Assembly (NCBI GenBank): GCA_965113315.1
Contig: OZ220372.1
DNA length: 64,000 bases
Reading direction: 5' to 3' (one strand)
DNA from: Podarcis vaucheri
Lineage: Eukaryota
The notes under the pieces: generated by a model
What the model saw: only the letters and a program-made list of their open reading frames with translations
Told to the model about the DNA's origin: nothing
Database searches by the model: none
Made by a program: the position numbers and the translations under genes
In this document: positions 25,134-38,089 of the stretch, in pieces
Position numbering within the stretch: the first letter of the stretch is position 1
Layout: every line of letters starts with the position of its first letter

Positions 25134-26596
25134 AGCATTTAGAAATAGGAACCACGTGATGCAGATAAATAATGTGACTTCTTCCAAAAGCAGGCTTCAT
25201 ATTGCCACACAATTTGCCCAGTCCACATTGTCTTTGTGCCCAGATATTACTGGTGTGGCTTAGAACCTGAACACCTAGCAGTGGTTCCCACACTCCAGTG
25301 ATAATACATGAATTAGCCCCAAATGGTTTCAACATTTCTGTCCTTCATGCTTCCTCCCACCACCGGGCATGGTATCAAACTATATATGTGGATCAGCTTG
25401 CCCTGAACAGCTGCATAGTTACAGTTCAGGTGAACATCAGCATTGTCTTGCCCTTCCACCTTGAGTAGTCTGTTCTGTTATCTCCACCTCTCCTTTGTAT
25501 TTCTCTGCTCATCATCAGCTGTGATGAATGGTCAACATCCCTGTTTCATTAGGCATAATCTCCTCAAGAGGGTATTCTGTGTTCCCAGAGAGATGCTGTC
25601 CCTGAGCAAGAGTTGCAAACTGATACATGTCTCTGTTTTGTTTGCCTTTTTGTTTAATTGAGTAGCTCCCGCAGGGGGATGACTTCTGGTGGTAAAGGAG
25701 CAAACAAGACACATAGCCCACTCCTCAGATTGATGTAGGACAAAAGAGCTTAATGTGCACAGATTGTGCTCTATTTAGCATGGACTACTCTGCTATTATA
25801 GCACGTAACTTTAAAAGCTCTGTACAGGCAACAACCGTTTTGTGCGTGGGTTGTGTGTATTCCTGACCCCCCCCCGTGTGTGTAAACCATGACAGCCCCA
25901 CCCCCTTTTCAGTTATTTCCAGGTTATGGTGATGCGTGTGTGCACAGTCGTGCATTCTTTGAACGTGTGCAAACGGGAGTTGCCTGTATACGTATTCTCA
26001 GGCAATGGCTTACAAAACAGCCCAATTTAAGCCTGAATTAAAACAAATAACACTTTTCCCACCATGCACCCATCTATTCATGGTTTACACCAGTGGTGTA
26101 GCCCTTCAGATGTTGCCAAATTACAGCTCTAATTATCCCTGGCTGCTGGTCATTGCTGGCTGGGGCAGTTGGGGATTGTGCTTGGCAACATCTGGAGGCT
26201 GCATGCTGTCTGCCCTTCACTTTCACAGATGGATTATGCCTGAGTGCAATCCCATCTACTAGTCAGCTAATCTTGATGGGCTAATGTAAAGTACGCCCCT
26301 GGAAGCTGAGATAAAGCAGGTGGCACCTCACTTCTGGAGTGCCCTTCCTAGAGAGGCTCACCTTGCAGCTACTTTAATGTTGTTTCAGTGTCAGACAATA
26401 ATCTCTTGTCTATATTTCTAGGAACATGGGTTGATATTCAGCAGTGTTTTACTCAGAGTAGACCTATTGAAATTAATAGGCCTGTCTTAAACATGTTCAT
26501 TAATTTTCATCTGTCTACTCTGAGTAAACATTGGTTGAATACCACCCTTGTTTTCCTCTGAGAATTTGTAATGCGTGGTGCAGGGAAGACATGTTC

Positions 26597-26665
26597 CTTT
26601 ATATCTAGTGTGTATGCTAAATTGTTTATATCTATCTTTATATCTAGTGTGTATGCTAAATTGTT
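26597..26665. repeat. 39-bp period tandem duplication
   Basis: CTTTATATCTAGTGTGTATGCTAAATTGTT at 26597 and 26636. Confidence 0.9.
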
Positions 26666-26995
26666 GGTTGTAATATTTATGGTGGTATCTCTGCCTCACT
26701 TTATCTAGAGTATTGCTTGCTAAGTGGCTTATTATGTGGTGAGATGTCCCTGGTCTGTATCATTTCAGATTATAGGAAGGCAATTGCATGATTAGACACA
26801 TCCCTATCCTTTAAAAATAAAAATAAAACCTCTGCATATAGAAAAATAGGTAACCTTAAGGAGAGTTCAAGCAGAAGCTTCTCCCTTACATTCCAGTTTT
26901 ATATATTTGTAGGGAGACTTTAACAGCGGAGAAGCCCAACTTGCCTCAGCCTCACTGGACTCAATAGGCAGTACTTCCATGCATGTGATGGCGCT

Positions 26996-26999
<4 letters not shown>

Positions 27000-27067
<68 letters not shown>

Positions 27068-27068
27068 A
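27000..27068. repeat. Compound microsatellite (AG)n(AAAG)n
   Basis: Direct reading. Confidence 0.98.
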
Positions 27069-28275
27069 CCAGAAAAAGTCAATCCATGGAACACCTGATT
27101 GTCATTTGCCCTGACAATGGTAGAGAGTGGTAGAGAGAAGGTTTTCCCAGGAGAATGTGGTAGGACAAGTGTGGATGAGCCCTTAGTCCCAGGAGGTGAG
27201 CACAGAGAGTCAGTGCTAACCCAGTTTACATAATACTGACCTAGATGGGCAGATAGTTAGACAATATTGTATAAAGCAGTTTCATGTGTACAAACAAGAC
27301 GCTTATTGTGTGTCTTCTTGCATGCCCATTTTGGAAATAAAAGTGGTCATTGTAAGTCTTTGCTTATGAGTGATGAGGGAGCACACACATGACTTTGTTT
27401 TTAACCCCCCAAAACCACCCCATCAAGAGCCCTTCTAGGTCAGGCTAAGGGTTTGTTTCATCTTGCATTTTGTGTGCCCAGCCAGCTGCCTTAGGGAGGC
27501 TCACAGTTTCTTTATCCCCAGTTTCTGGTGCTGCACATTTTTACTGCCTTTGGTCATGGAGGTTCAATTTACTAATAGCTATGTTGATGGAGCTGTCCTC
27601 TGAGCATTTCTTTTATCTTTTGAAAAATAATATCCATTTGTTTCATTCAGTAGCTGCTTCATTTACAGTGATGGAAATAATGTCTCTTCATTGCTGTGTG
27701 AAGCGACATGAGCGCCGCACCTCATAATCGCCTTTGACTGGACTTAACTGTCCAGGGATCCTTTACCTTTTAACCTTTTTTTGTAAGATAGCAGTTTGTT
27801 CTCTGGCCGTGACAAATCCATTTCTGTGTGTTTACACAAGATTATGCTGGCAAGCAGAAACCCATTTGGGTAATGCGAGGATTTTTATTCCCTTGGATGC
27901 TTAATCCCATAAATTTCATATGGCCATGACCAGCACCATCTTCCTCAGCAAGGCAATTATTGTGTGCTCTGTTGCTAAATCTCCTACTTCTTTTTCTGCG
28001 GAAGAAGGGGAGGGGACATCTCTTGGTTTATGATTCCTGCCTTCCATGTGGGGGAGAGAAGACATCTCATTTCACCATTGACTAATGGTATTTGCCAGCT
28101 GCCTGGCACACTGTATCTTTAAAATGCTCAGCCACCATTAAGTAATTAATCACTACAGCTAAATTGCATAGTAGTTTGTAAGTTCTCTGACTGAGCAGCA
28201 GTTGTTAACTGGCTTGTCTAGGAGGGATTCATGACTGTGATTCCTGCTATTGTAGCGCCATATCCTTTTCATTTG

Positions 28276-28319
28276 TCTCTGCTACTTTAATCTACATTCT
28301 CTGCTACTTTAATCTACAT
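28276..28319. repeat. 22-bp perfect tandem duplication
   Basis: TCTCTGCTACTTTAATCTACAT occurs twice. Confidence 0.92.
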
Positions 28320-28489
28320 TGTGTGTAACGGAAGTCAGGTTTAAATTCACAGTGGCCTGGTTCACATAGTGCTAAGGGCTGGTGCAACCCAAGCACACAT
28401 GATGGTGCACAGTTAGAAAATCGTGGCCGCTTTGCTTCTCCTCCCACTCTTGCTGCTGCCATCCTTGGGAGCTAAGCCATGGTTTAGAA

Positions 28490-28623
28490 CAGGCATAGGC
28501 AAACTCGGCCCTGCGGATGTTTTTAGACTACAATTCCCATCATCCCTGACAACTGGTCCTGTTGGCTAGAGATGATGGGAGTTGTAGTCCCAAAACATCT
28601 GGAGGGCCATTTGCCTATGCCTG
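28490..28623. mobile_element. Palindromic hAT MITE nested in an older repeat
   Basis: TIR CAGGCATAGGCAAA; perfect TSD GTTTAGAA. Confidence 0.92.
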
Positions 28624-28727
28624 GTTTAGAAGCCCAGGCTCACGGACTTCCAATAAACCAGGAGCTGTAGCTATGAGTTGGTTCTGTGTTAAGAGTCAGC
28701 AACAGTACAAAGAGGGAAAACCAAATA

Positions 28728-28987
28728 CCGTATTTTTCGCTCTATAAGACGCACCAGACCACAAGACGCACCTAGTTTTTGGAGGAGGAAAACAAGAAAA
28801 AAACATATTCTGAATCTCAGAAGCCAGAACAGCAAGAGGGATCGCTGTGCAGTGAAAGCAGCAATCCCTCTTGCTGTTCTGGTTTCTGGGATAGCTGCAC
28901 AGCCTGCATTCGCTCCATAAGGCGCACACACATTTCCCCTTACTTTTTAGGAGGGAAAAAGTGAGTCTTATAGAGCAAAAAATAGGG
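28728..28987. mobile_element. Tc1/mariner-pogo type MITE
   Basis: TA-CCGTATTTTTCGCTCTATAAGAC ... GTCTTATAGAGCAAAAAATAGGG-TA; related to 11854-12587. Confidence 0.88.
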
Positions 28988-30855
28988 TACTCTCTCATGC
29001 CTTCCCATGGGGTTCTGGTTGGCTGCTGTGACAAGAGAGTTCTGGATTAGCTGGGCCTTTGGCCTGATCCAGCAGGGTGCTTTTTATGCACTTTCTTGCT
29101 TTAACAAGGCTAAGATTTTTTTAATGATTTGTTTTGATTGTGCTGCTGCTTTAGGGGTGTCATTGTGAATCCTAGAGAATAAAAGACAAATATGTTGAGA
29201 ATTTGATCATCATGTTTCCTTGCAGAATGTAGATTCTTCTTTGCTTTTCCTGCAGGTCTGGATTGGCAGGTTTCATTGTGAAGGCCAAACGACCCCTGTA
29301 ATTTGTAAGGTTTCAAGAGCCAGTGTCCATAATGGGTCAGATTATTGTCAGCCCTCATTTCTACAATGGATAGTTATTTGCAGCATTTACATGCTGCACT
29401 AGACAAGCTGAGTCTTATAACCTGTATGTGTCTTACAAATTCAGCACAGTTGTGTATTTCTTCTTCTTTGTAATTTGCTTTTTACTGTTCTGACTGGTCT
29501 GTTGTTGAGAGGGGCAGTGTGCTATGCGGTGCACATGGTTCCATTCCCAGATCCATTCACCCTTCTCTTTCAGTGCTGAGATTTCAGCGTTTCTTGGACA
29601 TAAACTTCCCAGCTGGTCTTCAGCCACAAGGTTTAGAAAATGGTGTTTAAAAAAGCAAAATTGATATTCTTTGGAATCTGGAATCTGTGGTACGTGTTGT
29701 GTATTCCCACAGAAATTCACATGGCTCGTAATGGATCCTCTGTGTAGTGTAATTGTGAGACTAGGCTTGAATATGAACCAGTTTAGGGTGCAGCTTTCAC
29801 AGGACCAGTTTCTGTTGGTAAGATATACCAGAGTGTTTCAGCTCTGGTGAATGCTCAGAGTGAATGCTCTTCAGTTTGAAGAAACAAGCAGCTCTGTAAA
29901 AATGCATGTCTCTGCGTCAGGGAAAATTAGCTCTTCACACATAACACGTGTGTGTGCATACAATCTGTTTGTGCAAGAGGGATCCTGGATGATCTGGGAT
30001 AACCCCTCACATGGAAGATCTCTGTATGTGCACGATGCTCCTCCCCATGGCTGTTGAAAGTGTGCAGGGTGGCAGTGGGGATGACTGCTACGCAGTACAA
30101 CCTCCCTTGTGTATTAGAAGTGCAGATAGGTGGTGGCTGATAAATAGTAGTACAAAGCTTCCCACTGGACGTTGGCCAGTCCTAACACAGGGCAACAGAC
30201 TAAATGAGTTGTGGCGTCTGATGCTATGCAAGCAAGTCCTACTTTTGTTCAGGGGTCTTTCACTCCCATGTAAGTGTAGATAAGGACTGTAGCCTTAATA
30301 CTTCAGCCCAGCACCTGAAAATGGGCTGTTACGGTTTACATTTCTAGACCATTCATCTATATGCAAACAATCCTCCCTCTCCACCACACTTGGAACTGGG
30401 CATGCCCAGAAATAGCAAGTTAATCATACAACATATTTTGACAGAAATGTGACAGCTTGAGAAAGACATAATGAAGATGTGCTATTTGGAGAGCACTATG
30501 GGAAGGAGCCCAAACAGATTTTAAGAAGCAAGAAGCAGTTTCCACTCCTACACCCTCATTCCACATTTGCTAAACAGATTACGTTTCACAAAGGGAGTTT
30601 CATCACTCCAGCAGCAATTTCATTCTCAGATAGTAATCTTTACCCATTCTGAAACGATTCATCTAGCCCCCACCCCCACAAAAGGACTAAACACAGTGGT
30701 GTTTTCTCTGTACATAGGCTTCCTACAAATTCAACTGTAATTGAATTTTGAAATAATAGTTAATTGCAATTGTGTTTATGTTTTAATAAATCAGTTTTTG
30801 CCTGCTATGAAGTAGACAGATGTTATTCACACTTTTAAAAGGGTGGGAGTACAAT

Positions 30856-31046
30856 CAGAGCTTTCCAGGCGTTTCATATTAGTGATACACTTTTTAGACA
30901 TGCATCATTTTGTGACACAGTAATTCAGTTTTACTAGCAAGCCGGAGGTTTAACTAACCCCTTTCCAGCACCATAAGGAGCACGGGGAGCGTTCACACAA
31001 CATATCTATACACTGCAGCTGACACACTAATGTTTGGAAAGCTCAG
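30856..31046. mobile_element. hAT-like MITE (degenerate)
   Basis: Ends CAGAGCTTTCCA / TGGAAAGCTCAG; no clear TSD. Confidence 0.55.
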
Positions 31047-31894
31047 CATTAAACAGTGAACTCTGAACAGTCACATGGCCATCCATGCTTCCAGAAGGAC
31101 TGTATTACAGAACTGGGGCATCACTACCATACATGTTTTGTAGCTTAAATAAGCAGCCCTTGTTTGCATAGAATCCTAGCTATGCAAGCTACTTGCTATT
31201 TTAGATCACTGTTCCTTGCAACACAACTGTGTTCCTTTTGCATCTGTAGCCTCAAGAATGATGCTGATGGCTAATTGCTCCTGTACCAAGATAAAAGTTT
31301 TTGATAAGCAAAGGCTCGTGGATCAGTTGGGCAATAGGTTTTGGTGCCCCAAGCAGAAAATGCAAATAGTAAAAACCGAAATTATATTTCACAGCTTCAG
31401 ATACAGCTCTGGAATTCATCAAGCTTTTCAAACATGTTTGCCTGGTCCTAAGCCTTCTTGCCTACTGTAATCACAAAGGTAAAGGCCATTTGTTTTTGTT
31501 CAGTAGCGTAGCCAGCTCAGCCCAGTGCCAGCCTCCAGCATTTGGGCTGGGCTGGCCTGCCTGGAACTCTTGGAAATCCCTTTTGCCCGCCCTTCTGCTT
31601 CTCACCAAGAGTCTTATAACATCCATAGCTAGTTTGCACAGGCCGCATTATGGACTTCCTTTGTCTCTCCTCTGATCCTGTGACATTTTCTTGGATGACT
31701 TTATTGGCATCGTTTCCCATTTCTCTTATTCACCACCTCTTCCGGGCCTTTTGGCAATTATTTTTTATTGCTTTTCAAAAATTTTAACAAATTATCATCA
31801 AATTAATTCAAATTTAATACAAATTTAAAAGCTGACTTCCCACTCTGCTTCCTTGATGTTTTTTTCCCCTTACTTACTTGCTACTCAGTGTGAC

Positions 31895-32253
31895 GTTGTT
31901 GTTGTTTAGTTGTTTAGTCGTGTCCGACTCTTCGTGACCCCCTGGACCAGAGCACGCCAGGCACTCCTGTCTTCCACTGCTTCCCACAGTTTGGTCAAAC
32001 TCATGTTACTTGCTTTGAGAACACTGTCCAACCATCTCGTCCTCTGTCGTCCCCTTCTCCTTGTGCCCTCCATCTTTCCCAACGTCATGGTCTTTTCCAG
32101 GGAGTCTTCTCTTCTCATGAGGTGGCCAAAGTATTGGAGCCTCAGCTTCAGGATCTGTCCTTCCAGTGAGCACTCAGGGCTGATTTCCTTCAGAATGGAT
32201 AGGTTTGATCTTCTTGCAGTCCATGGGACTTTCAAGAGTCTCCTCCAGCACCA
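31895..32253 (-). mobile_element. RTE-BovB LINE 3' fragment
   Basis: Peptide WCWRRLLKVPWTARRSN...LQYFGHLMRREDSLEKT..GKMEGTRRRGRQRTRWLD...GVTKSRTRLN; (CAA)n tail; TSD CAGTGTGAC/CAATGTGAC. Confidence 0.95.
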
Positions 32254-32462
32254 CAATGTGACATACATTTCCTAATTCCATTTTAATACTTGGAATATTT
32301 TAGCATTTTATCACTATTATTATTTATTTTTTCCCCTTCTTCATTTGCCATCGGCTGTACATATTTTAATTCCTGCTTAGACATTTATTTACAGTAACTA
32401 TAACATATTCCCAAATGTCAAGCAGAATTGCTCTTTACTTTGTCAGCCCACAAAAATCATTA

Positions 32463-32636
32463 CAGTAGAACCTCGGAAGCAAACACCTTTGAACTTGAAT
32501 GTTTCGGCTCCTGAACGATCGAAAACCAGAAGTGCGGCTTCCGCGGCTTCTGATTGGCTGCAGGAGCGTCTTGTTTTTCGAACTGTTCTGGGAGTTGAAC
32601 GGAAATGGATTAAATTCGAAAATCAAGGTATGACTG
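32463..32636. mobile_element. Tigger-like MITE
   Basis: TA-CAGTAGAACCTCGG ... TCAAGGTATGACTG-TA. Confidence 0.7.
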
Positions 32637-35600
32637 TAGTAATAAATCAGTATTCCACAAATGCATCTTATTCCTCCTGCCATTTTACGTGCACAAAAGT
32701 CTGACGTAATGATGGTAAACAATATATCTTCAACCGCAGTATTGCATTCCTGCTCCCCACATACCAGCAACCCATAGGATCTCCAGATCCTCATTGTTAG
32801 GCAGCAAAACAATCCTTGGTGATATCAAGTTCCCAGGCTTTGGTGTCTGGTGCCTGCTCTGTCCATGCTGACACAGTATATACCAGGTGCGGGGAGTGAA
32901 CATTATTCCCATGAAAACCGGAAGTGTTTGGTTTTTTGGCGATTTCCCTAAAAAATAGCTTAAAAACTTCTTGGGGGGGGGGACTTTTGTGTCTGGATTT
33001 TCACTTTTTGAAATATGGCAACTCTACATTATCCTAAATACATTCCTCTCCTCTGCACAAAGCCAACTCCATACAAGCCATCTTCTGTCCTTCACAGTTC
33101 CAGATTCATTCTTCTTTGCCAGATATATTCAATTTTATAAAGTTACAACGGTCTGGGATTCAAACGCTGCTTCACCTTCTCTTTCCAAATGCTTTGGCCC
33201 ATCATCTCTAAATCTAACTTTAACCCACAGTCTTTATTACATTTTTTGTTCAATGAATCTGGGGAGGATGAGGAATAATCCCTCAAAAACATTTTTATTT
33301 AAATAACCCTTTCCTCCCTTCCCAGCCAGGCAGATTTGCCCACCCAACACCCAACAATTCATTTGCCCACACTACAGGATCCATCAATTTTTAGCTAGCA
33401 AAGTTAACTTATATTTAAGGTCCACTCTTCTTGAATTCTTACAGTTACGTTCCTTGGAGAAGGGTAGTTGCAGAGAACCCTTGCGAAGAAAATGATATGT
33501 AGAAATTGTCTATCCTCTCCCTCTTCCACAGCCCCATTGTAGCAGAAATTAACATCTTTCCAAACCTGCAATTTACCGTCAAATAGTCTCCAGCAGCTTT
33601 TGACGACATCAAGTTGGCTGGGTTCCCTTTTCACTTGTCCAAATTGTTCGAAATCAAAGGAGATCTGTAGCATACTCAGTTATGGACCCTGACATTCTCA
33701 AGAATGGAGTCATGGTGAAACTCAGCCCCCTGCCCCTCTTTTCTTGGTGAGGTCTTCTAACTCCATCTAAGACCAAAGCAGGCATTAACAGGTGTCTGCG
33801 GGTTCACTTTGGCCCCCGACTTAATTGGAGAGATTAAGTGGAATGCTCGCCCCACTGTCCCCAAATATCTCCACCAGAGCCCCCCAGACTCTGGAGAGCT
33901 CAAGGGAGTGACTGTTCATGCTCGCTACTGGAACCGGAAGTCCTCTTCCAAGTCTTTGGGGTTCACCAGAGCCCTCTCCTTGCTTCCACCATGTTCATTT
34001 GTTCCACGAGGCTTGCTTTCCAGAGTGCTGGGTAGAAATAGAACTACAGATTTATGATCTCCCTTCTTTCCCCTCTGAGCATCAAACCCTTTGGAAAAAC
34101 GATATATGGAGCAAGAAAAACACTTATTGAAGCAAACGTCAATCCAACGTAATCACAGAAAGACAAATAGGCTTCTTCTAGCTAGCATCTCTTTTAGAGT
34201 ATTTCTATGTGATAATTTTAATGCGGGACTTAAACCCCAAACTGACAGAAAACCAATGGAAGTGCCCTAGGCACAGCAGACATGTTGTCTGTATCCACAG
34301 CAACAGTGCTGAAGGTTTCTCATTCAAACCCAACTTCAGACTGATGTTTCTTGACTTGGTGAGATCTGAGAGACTCACAGCAAGGTGGAATGGCTTCAGG
34401 CCAGCAAACTTGTGTGTGACCTTTTATTTCACAGAACATTTGCAGATTCCAAAGGACCATGTGTGAATGCACAGTGACAGCAGCAATGCACATGCATGCA
34501 GAAACAGCAGGAGTTCCGGCAAAGGCTACAAGTGTGAAGTAACTAATACTATCTCTGCATTGTATGAATGAGTCTATCCTAATACATTATGGCAGTTAAA
34601 TTCTGCTTTTGGAATATTCTGGTTCCTACCAGCAATAATTACACATTTAAACACATGACATCTTTAACCCCCCCCCCAATCTGCAACATAGGATCCATAT
34701 TAATATGTTTCTTTAGACTCTGTCCCTGTCTTCCCATTTCTGTTTATATGTATTGTCTTTCTCTCACTTCTTCTGTATCCCAAACTGTGGCTTGTGGAGC
34801 CTGTCTCTGTCTTTTCCTCTTTAATATTTGGAGGTAACTGTGCTGAGCTCTTCAGTGTGGTCATCATTGTGTTTGCTAACTAGCTCCAATTGGAGATAGA
34901 AGTGGGTTTGCAAACAGTTTTTACATTTTGCTTGGATTACAAAACATGGCACCTCTTATTTTGGTAAGCTCCAAAAAAAGAAAAGGGAGATAGCCTTTCG
35001 GGCTCTCGATATCAGCCCCTTTTATTCAAAGCAATGGTTACCTGGCAAATGTCTGTGCCATTGTGTTTGTGGCATGAGTCTCTCTCTGTCTGGGTCTCTG
35101 TTGAGATAAGGCCGGTCGACTCTTGACTAATTGTTAGGGGAGAAAAGTCAGTATTTCGGATGTAGTGTGCAACAATGTAGGTCATTTAATTTTATTTAAG
35201 CAGCTTTTTATTTAGCTGGCACCAAAAATGACATTTTAGAAGCTTTTGCATATCAGCATAAATGTCAGAATGCCATTGAATATCTGCTCAGCACTCTATT
35301 TCAGTAGAAACTGATCCTCTAGGTTTATAGGGAGGAGGAGGCTAAACTGATTTTAGCTTGAATTATTTTTGTTAGCATTTTAATGAATGCCATCTTTAAC
35401 ATTCTGGTTTTACAAGAAGTGCCCCCCCACCTCCCCACTGGGTGCCTTTACCCATCTTTGAGTCCACCCAATGGTCTTCAAAAAGTAAAGTTAAAGTAGG
35501 GTGGTAGGGCACAAAGACAAATGTGAAGAATGCTAAGCTATGTTCTTTCATCAAAAGCTGCTTAAGATTATCTCATTAGAGAAGGCTAATTTTGCCTTTA

Positions 35601-36165
35601 AGCCAAATAATGTAGTGATATTTCATTAAAATGCACCATGAAAACAGTGGGTGTGCTTGACTTTTAAAACCGTAGCAAGAAAGTTTGCTGATTAGGACTG
35701 CAGAAAAGGTGTTATTAAAGAAACAGTTCTCCGTTTATGAATAAACTTTTCATAAGGTTCAGTAGACTGACACGTAGCATTCCTTTTGGTTACAACAGTG
35801 GTTCTCAAAAGGTGTGGCATGCCATGCTGTGTGGCAGGAGAGGATGGCAAGCGTGGTAGATGCAAGGACAATGAAAGAAACATTTAAACAGTTCAGAGTG
35901 TATAGTATAGTATCAAAATATTTTTTTATTTGCAGAATATGGATAGAAATCTTTTCAAAAGAGAGGAAATAGCATCAAATGATACTGAGGACAATTCTAG
36001 TTGTCATTTATAATTATATTTTGGGAATCTTCCATATTCATAGCTGCATTGTTTTATACTTTTTGGATGTCGCATGATCATATTATAAAGTAGTTGCATT
36101 CTGTGTTATAAATCAATCACTGCTAGGAGTTGTTATTCCACCCCCCCATCCCAGTTTATTTCTTG

Positions 36166-36635
36166 TCACTGCCTTCACTGGTTCTGATTTGAAAGAGAGG
36201 TAGAGCTGGGTATCATCCGCATACTGATGAACACCCAGCCCAAACCCCCTGATGATCTCTCCCACCAGCTTCATATAGATGTTTAAAAGCATGGGGGAGA
36301 GGACGGAACCCTGAGGCACCCCACAAGTGAGAGCCCAGGGGGCTGAACACTCATCCCCCAACACCACGTTCTATCTGCAAAAAAAAACTTTGCAAAATCA
36401 TTGCAGGAGATCCTGGGGTCCTTACCAGGCTCCGATGGTGAAGGTGGTTTTGTTAAACTGTGAACCACCTGAAAGAGTCTCCTGCTGCTGTTTTCTGCAG
36501 ATGCAATAGAGGTGGTGAAGAAGGTCCTATTTGCCATCACTATCACCACTTGGTAGGCTCAACGTTGAGCTCTAACTGTGTCTGGTCCAGTTCAGAATGA
36601 GTTTTCCGCCACCGGTGCTCTAGCCGTCTCAGCAA
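36166..36635 (-). mobile_element. Internally deleted L2-clade LINE fragment (RT core fused to upstream ORF2 piece)
   Basis: GVPQGSVLSPMLLNIYM...HQYADDTQLYLSF; deletion junction near 36368. Confidence 0.88.
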
Positions 36636-36786
36636 TTGAGCAACTCACTGCGATAGATGACGACTAATGAGCCCCACGTCCCTCTCAGTACACCATGCAG
36701 ACACTTACATTGCCCGAGTTCTTTGGTGCCCTGGCAGTGTGCAAATGTGATGACTGATGTTTTTGCACAGAAGTCTTTATGGTACG

Positions 36787-37226
36787 CAGAATGTGTTGAG
36801 TTTTTCAACTTCCATATTCCAAGAAATGAGGGGTGCTAATAAAAAGTTGTAATATGACTTGGGAATTCAAAATATATTTTGATTAAATGAGTATTTAGAT
36901 TGCTTGGTAAGTAAAATGTGTGTAAAACTGCACAGAAGTCATTAAAAGTGAGTGCCAAGTACTTGTAGTTGCTTTATATTGATATTTTATTATTACTATT
37001 ATTAAGCATTAACTGACATTGTCAGAAGGTAATATTGAAATTCTTTGGTTTTCTGAAAGCAGTTTATGTGCTTCTTAATCATATATAGACTTACCCAGCT
37101 AAATGTTGTCCAGTCACAAAAATAATTGCAGATTTGAATTCTTCACAGCCAAAAACATATTTTTAAGACTCCTCACTGAAGAAATTTGTGAAAATTAAGT
37201 TTTACCCCCTGAAATGGCACGCTCTA
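36787..37226. mobile_element. AT-rich ~440-bp DNA element, copy 1 (inverted homologue of 46572-47015)
   Basis: Colinear reverse-complement similarity across the whole length, e.g. GACTTGGGAATTCAAAATATATTTT versus AAAATATATTTTGAATTCCCAAGTC. Confidence 0.8.
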
Positions 37227-37661
37227 TAATGCGGCAGGTATCTGGAGCTGCTCCTCTTTCTTCCTCCCTGCTGTTCTGTCTCTCTGTCTGTCTTCTCTGT
37301 CCTGTGCATCCTGCAAATGAGGAACCTCAAGCCACAATCAATTCTTGCCCTCATTCCCAGTTCAGCTGCCACCATTGACCCTTACCTTTTGCCCTATTCT
37401 TTCCAGGCACAGGTCCACACTTAAAGCTCTGTGTCCGAGTGCTGGTTTTTGTTTTTGTTTTGTGCTGGAGCTTTCTCCTTGAAAACCCTCAGGTGGAACA
37501 AACATCAGGTCAGGTTGTCTGTGGATTGCCATTTGCTCAGATTGAGCTTTAAAGAGTGGGTTTTCGTGGGGAAAGCTCCATTGCAAAATAGGCTGCTCGG
37601 ACTTGGCGTTTTAAAGCACATACTGTGCCTGGAAAGAGCAAAGGAAAGGGAAGTGTGAATA

Positions 37662-38027
37662 CTGTATTTTTCGCTCCATAGGACGCTCCTGACCAAAAGA
37701 CGCACCAAGTTTTTAGAGCAGGAAAACAAGAAAAAAAAATCTGACTCAAATTTTGTACTAAACTATTTAAAACAGCAAAGTGTGTGGCTCCTGTCCACTT
37801 TGCTGCTTTAAAGCGAGCCATGGTATATAATGATGAGAATGGAAAAAGGACACATTCCATTATAATGTAGCTGTTTTCATTATCACTGGGAAGTCAGTAT
37901 TGGCAGCAGTTACAAAAACTAAAATTTGAGCATTTTACTGTTAATAATCAAGAATATTAATAGTCAGGGAGAGAAACCAGGGCTGTGCAAATGAGAAGTG
38001 CTTGGAGTATGGAGGAACAGCAAAAAG

Positions 38028-38089
<62 letters not shown>

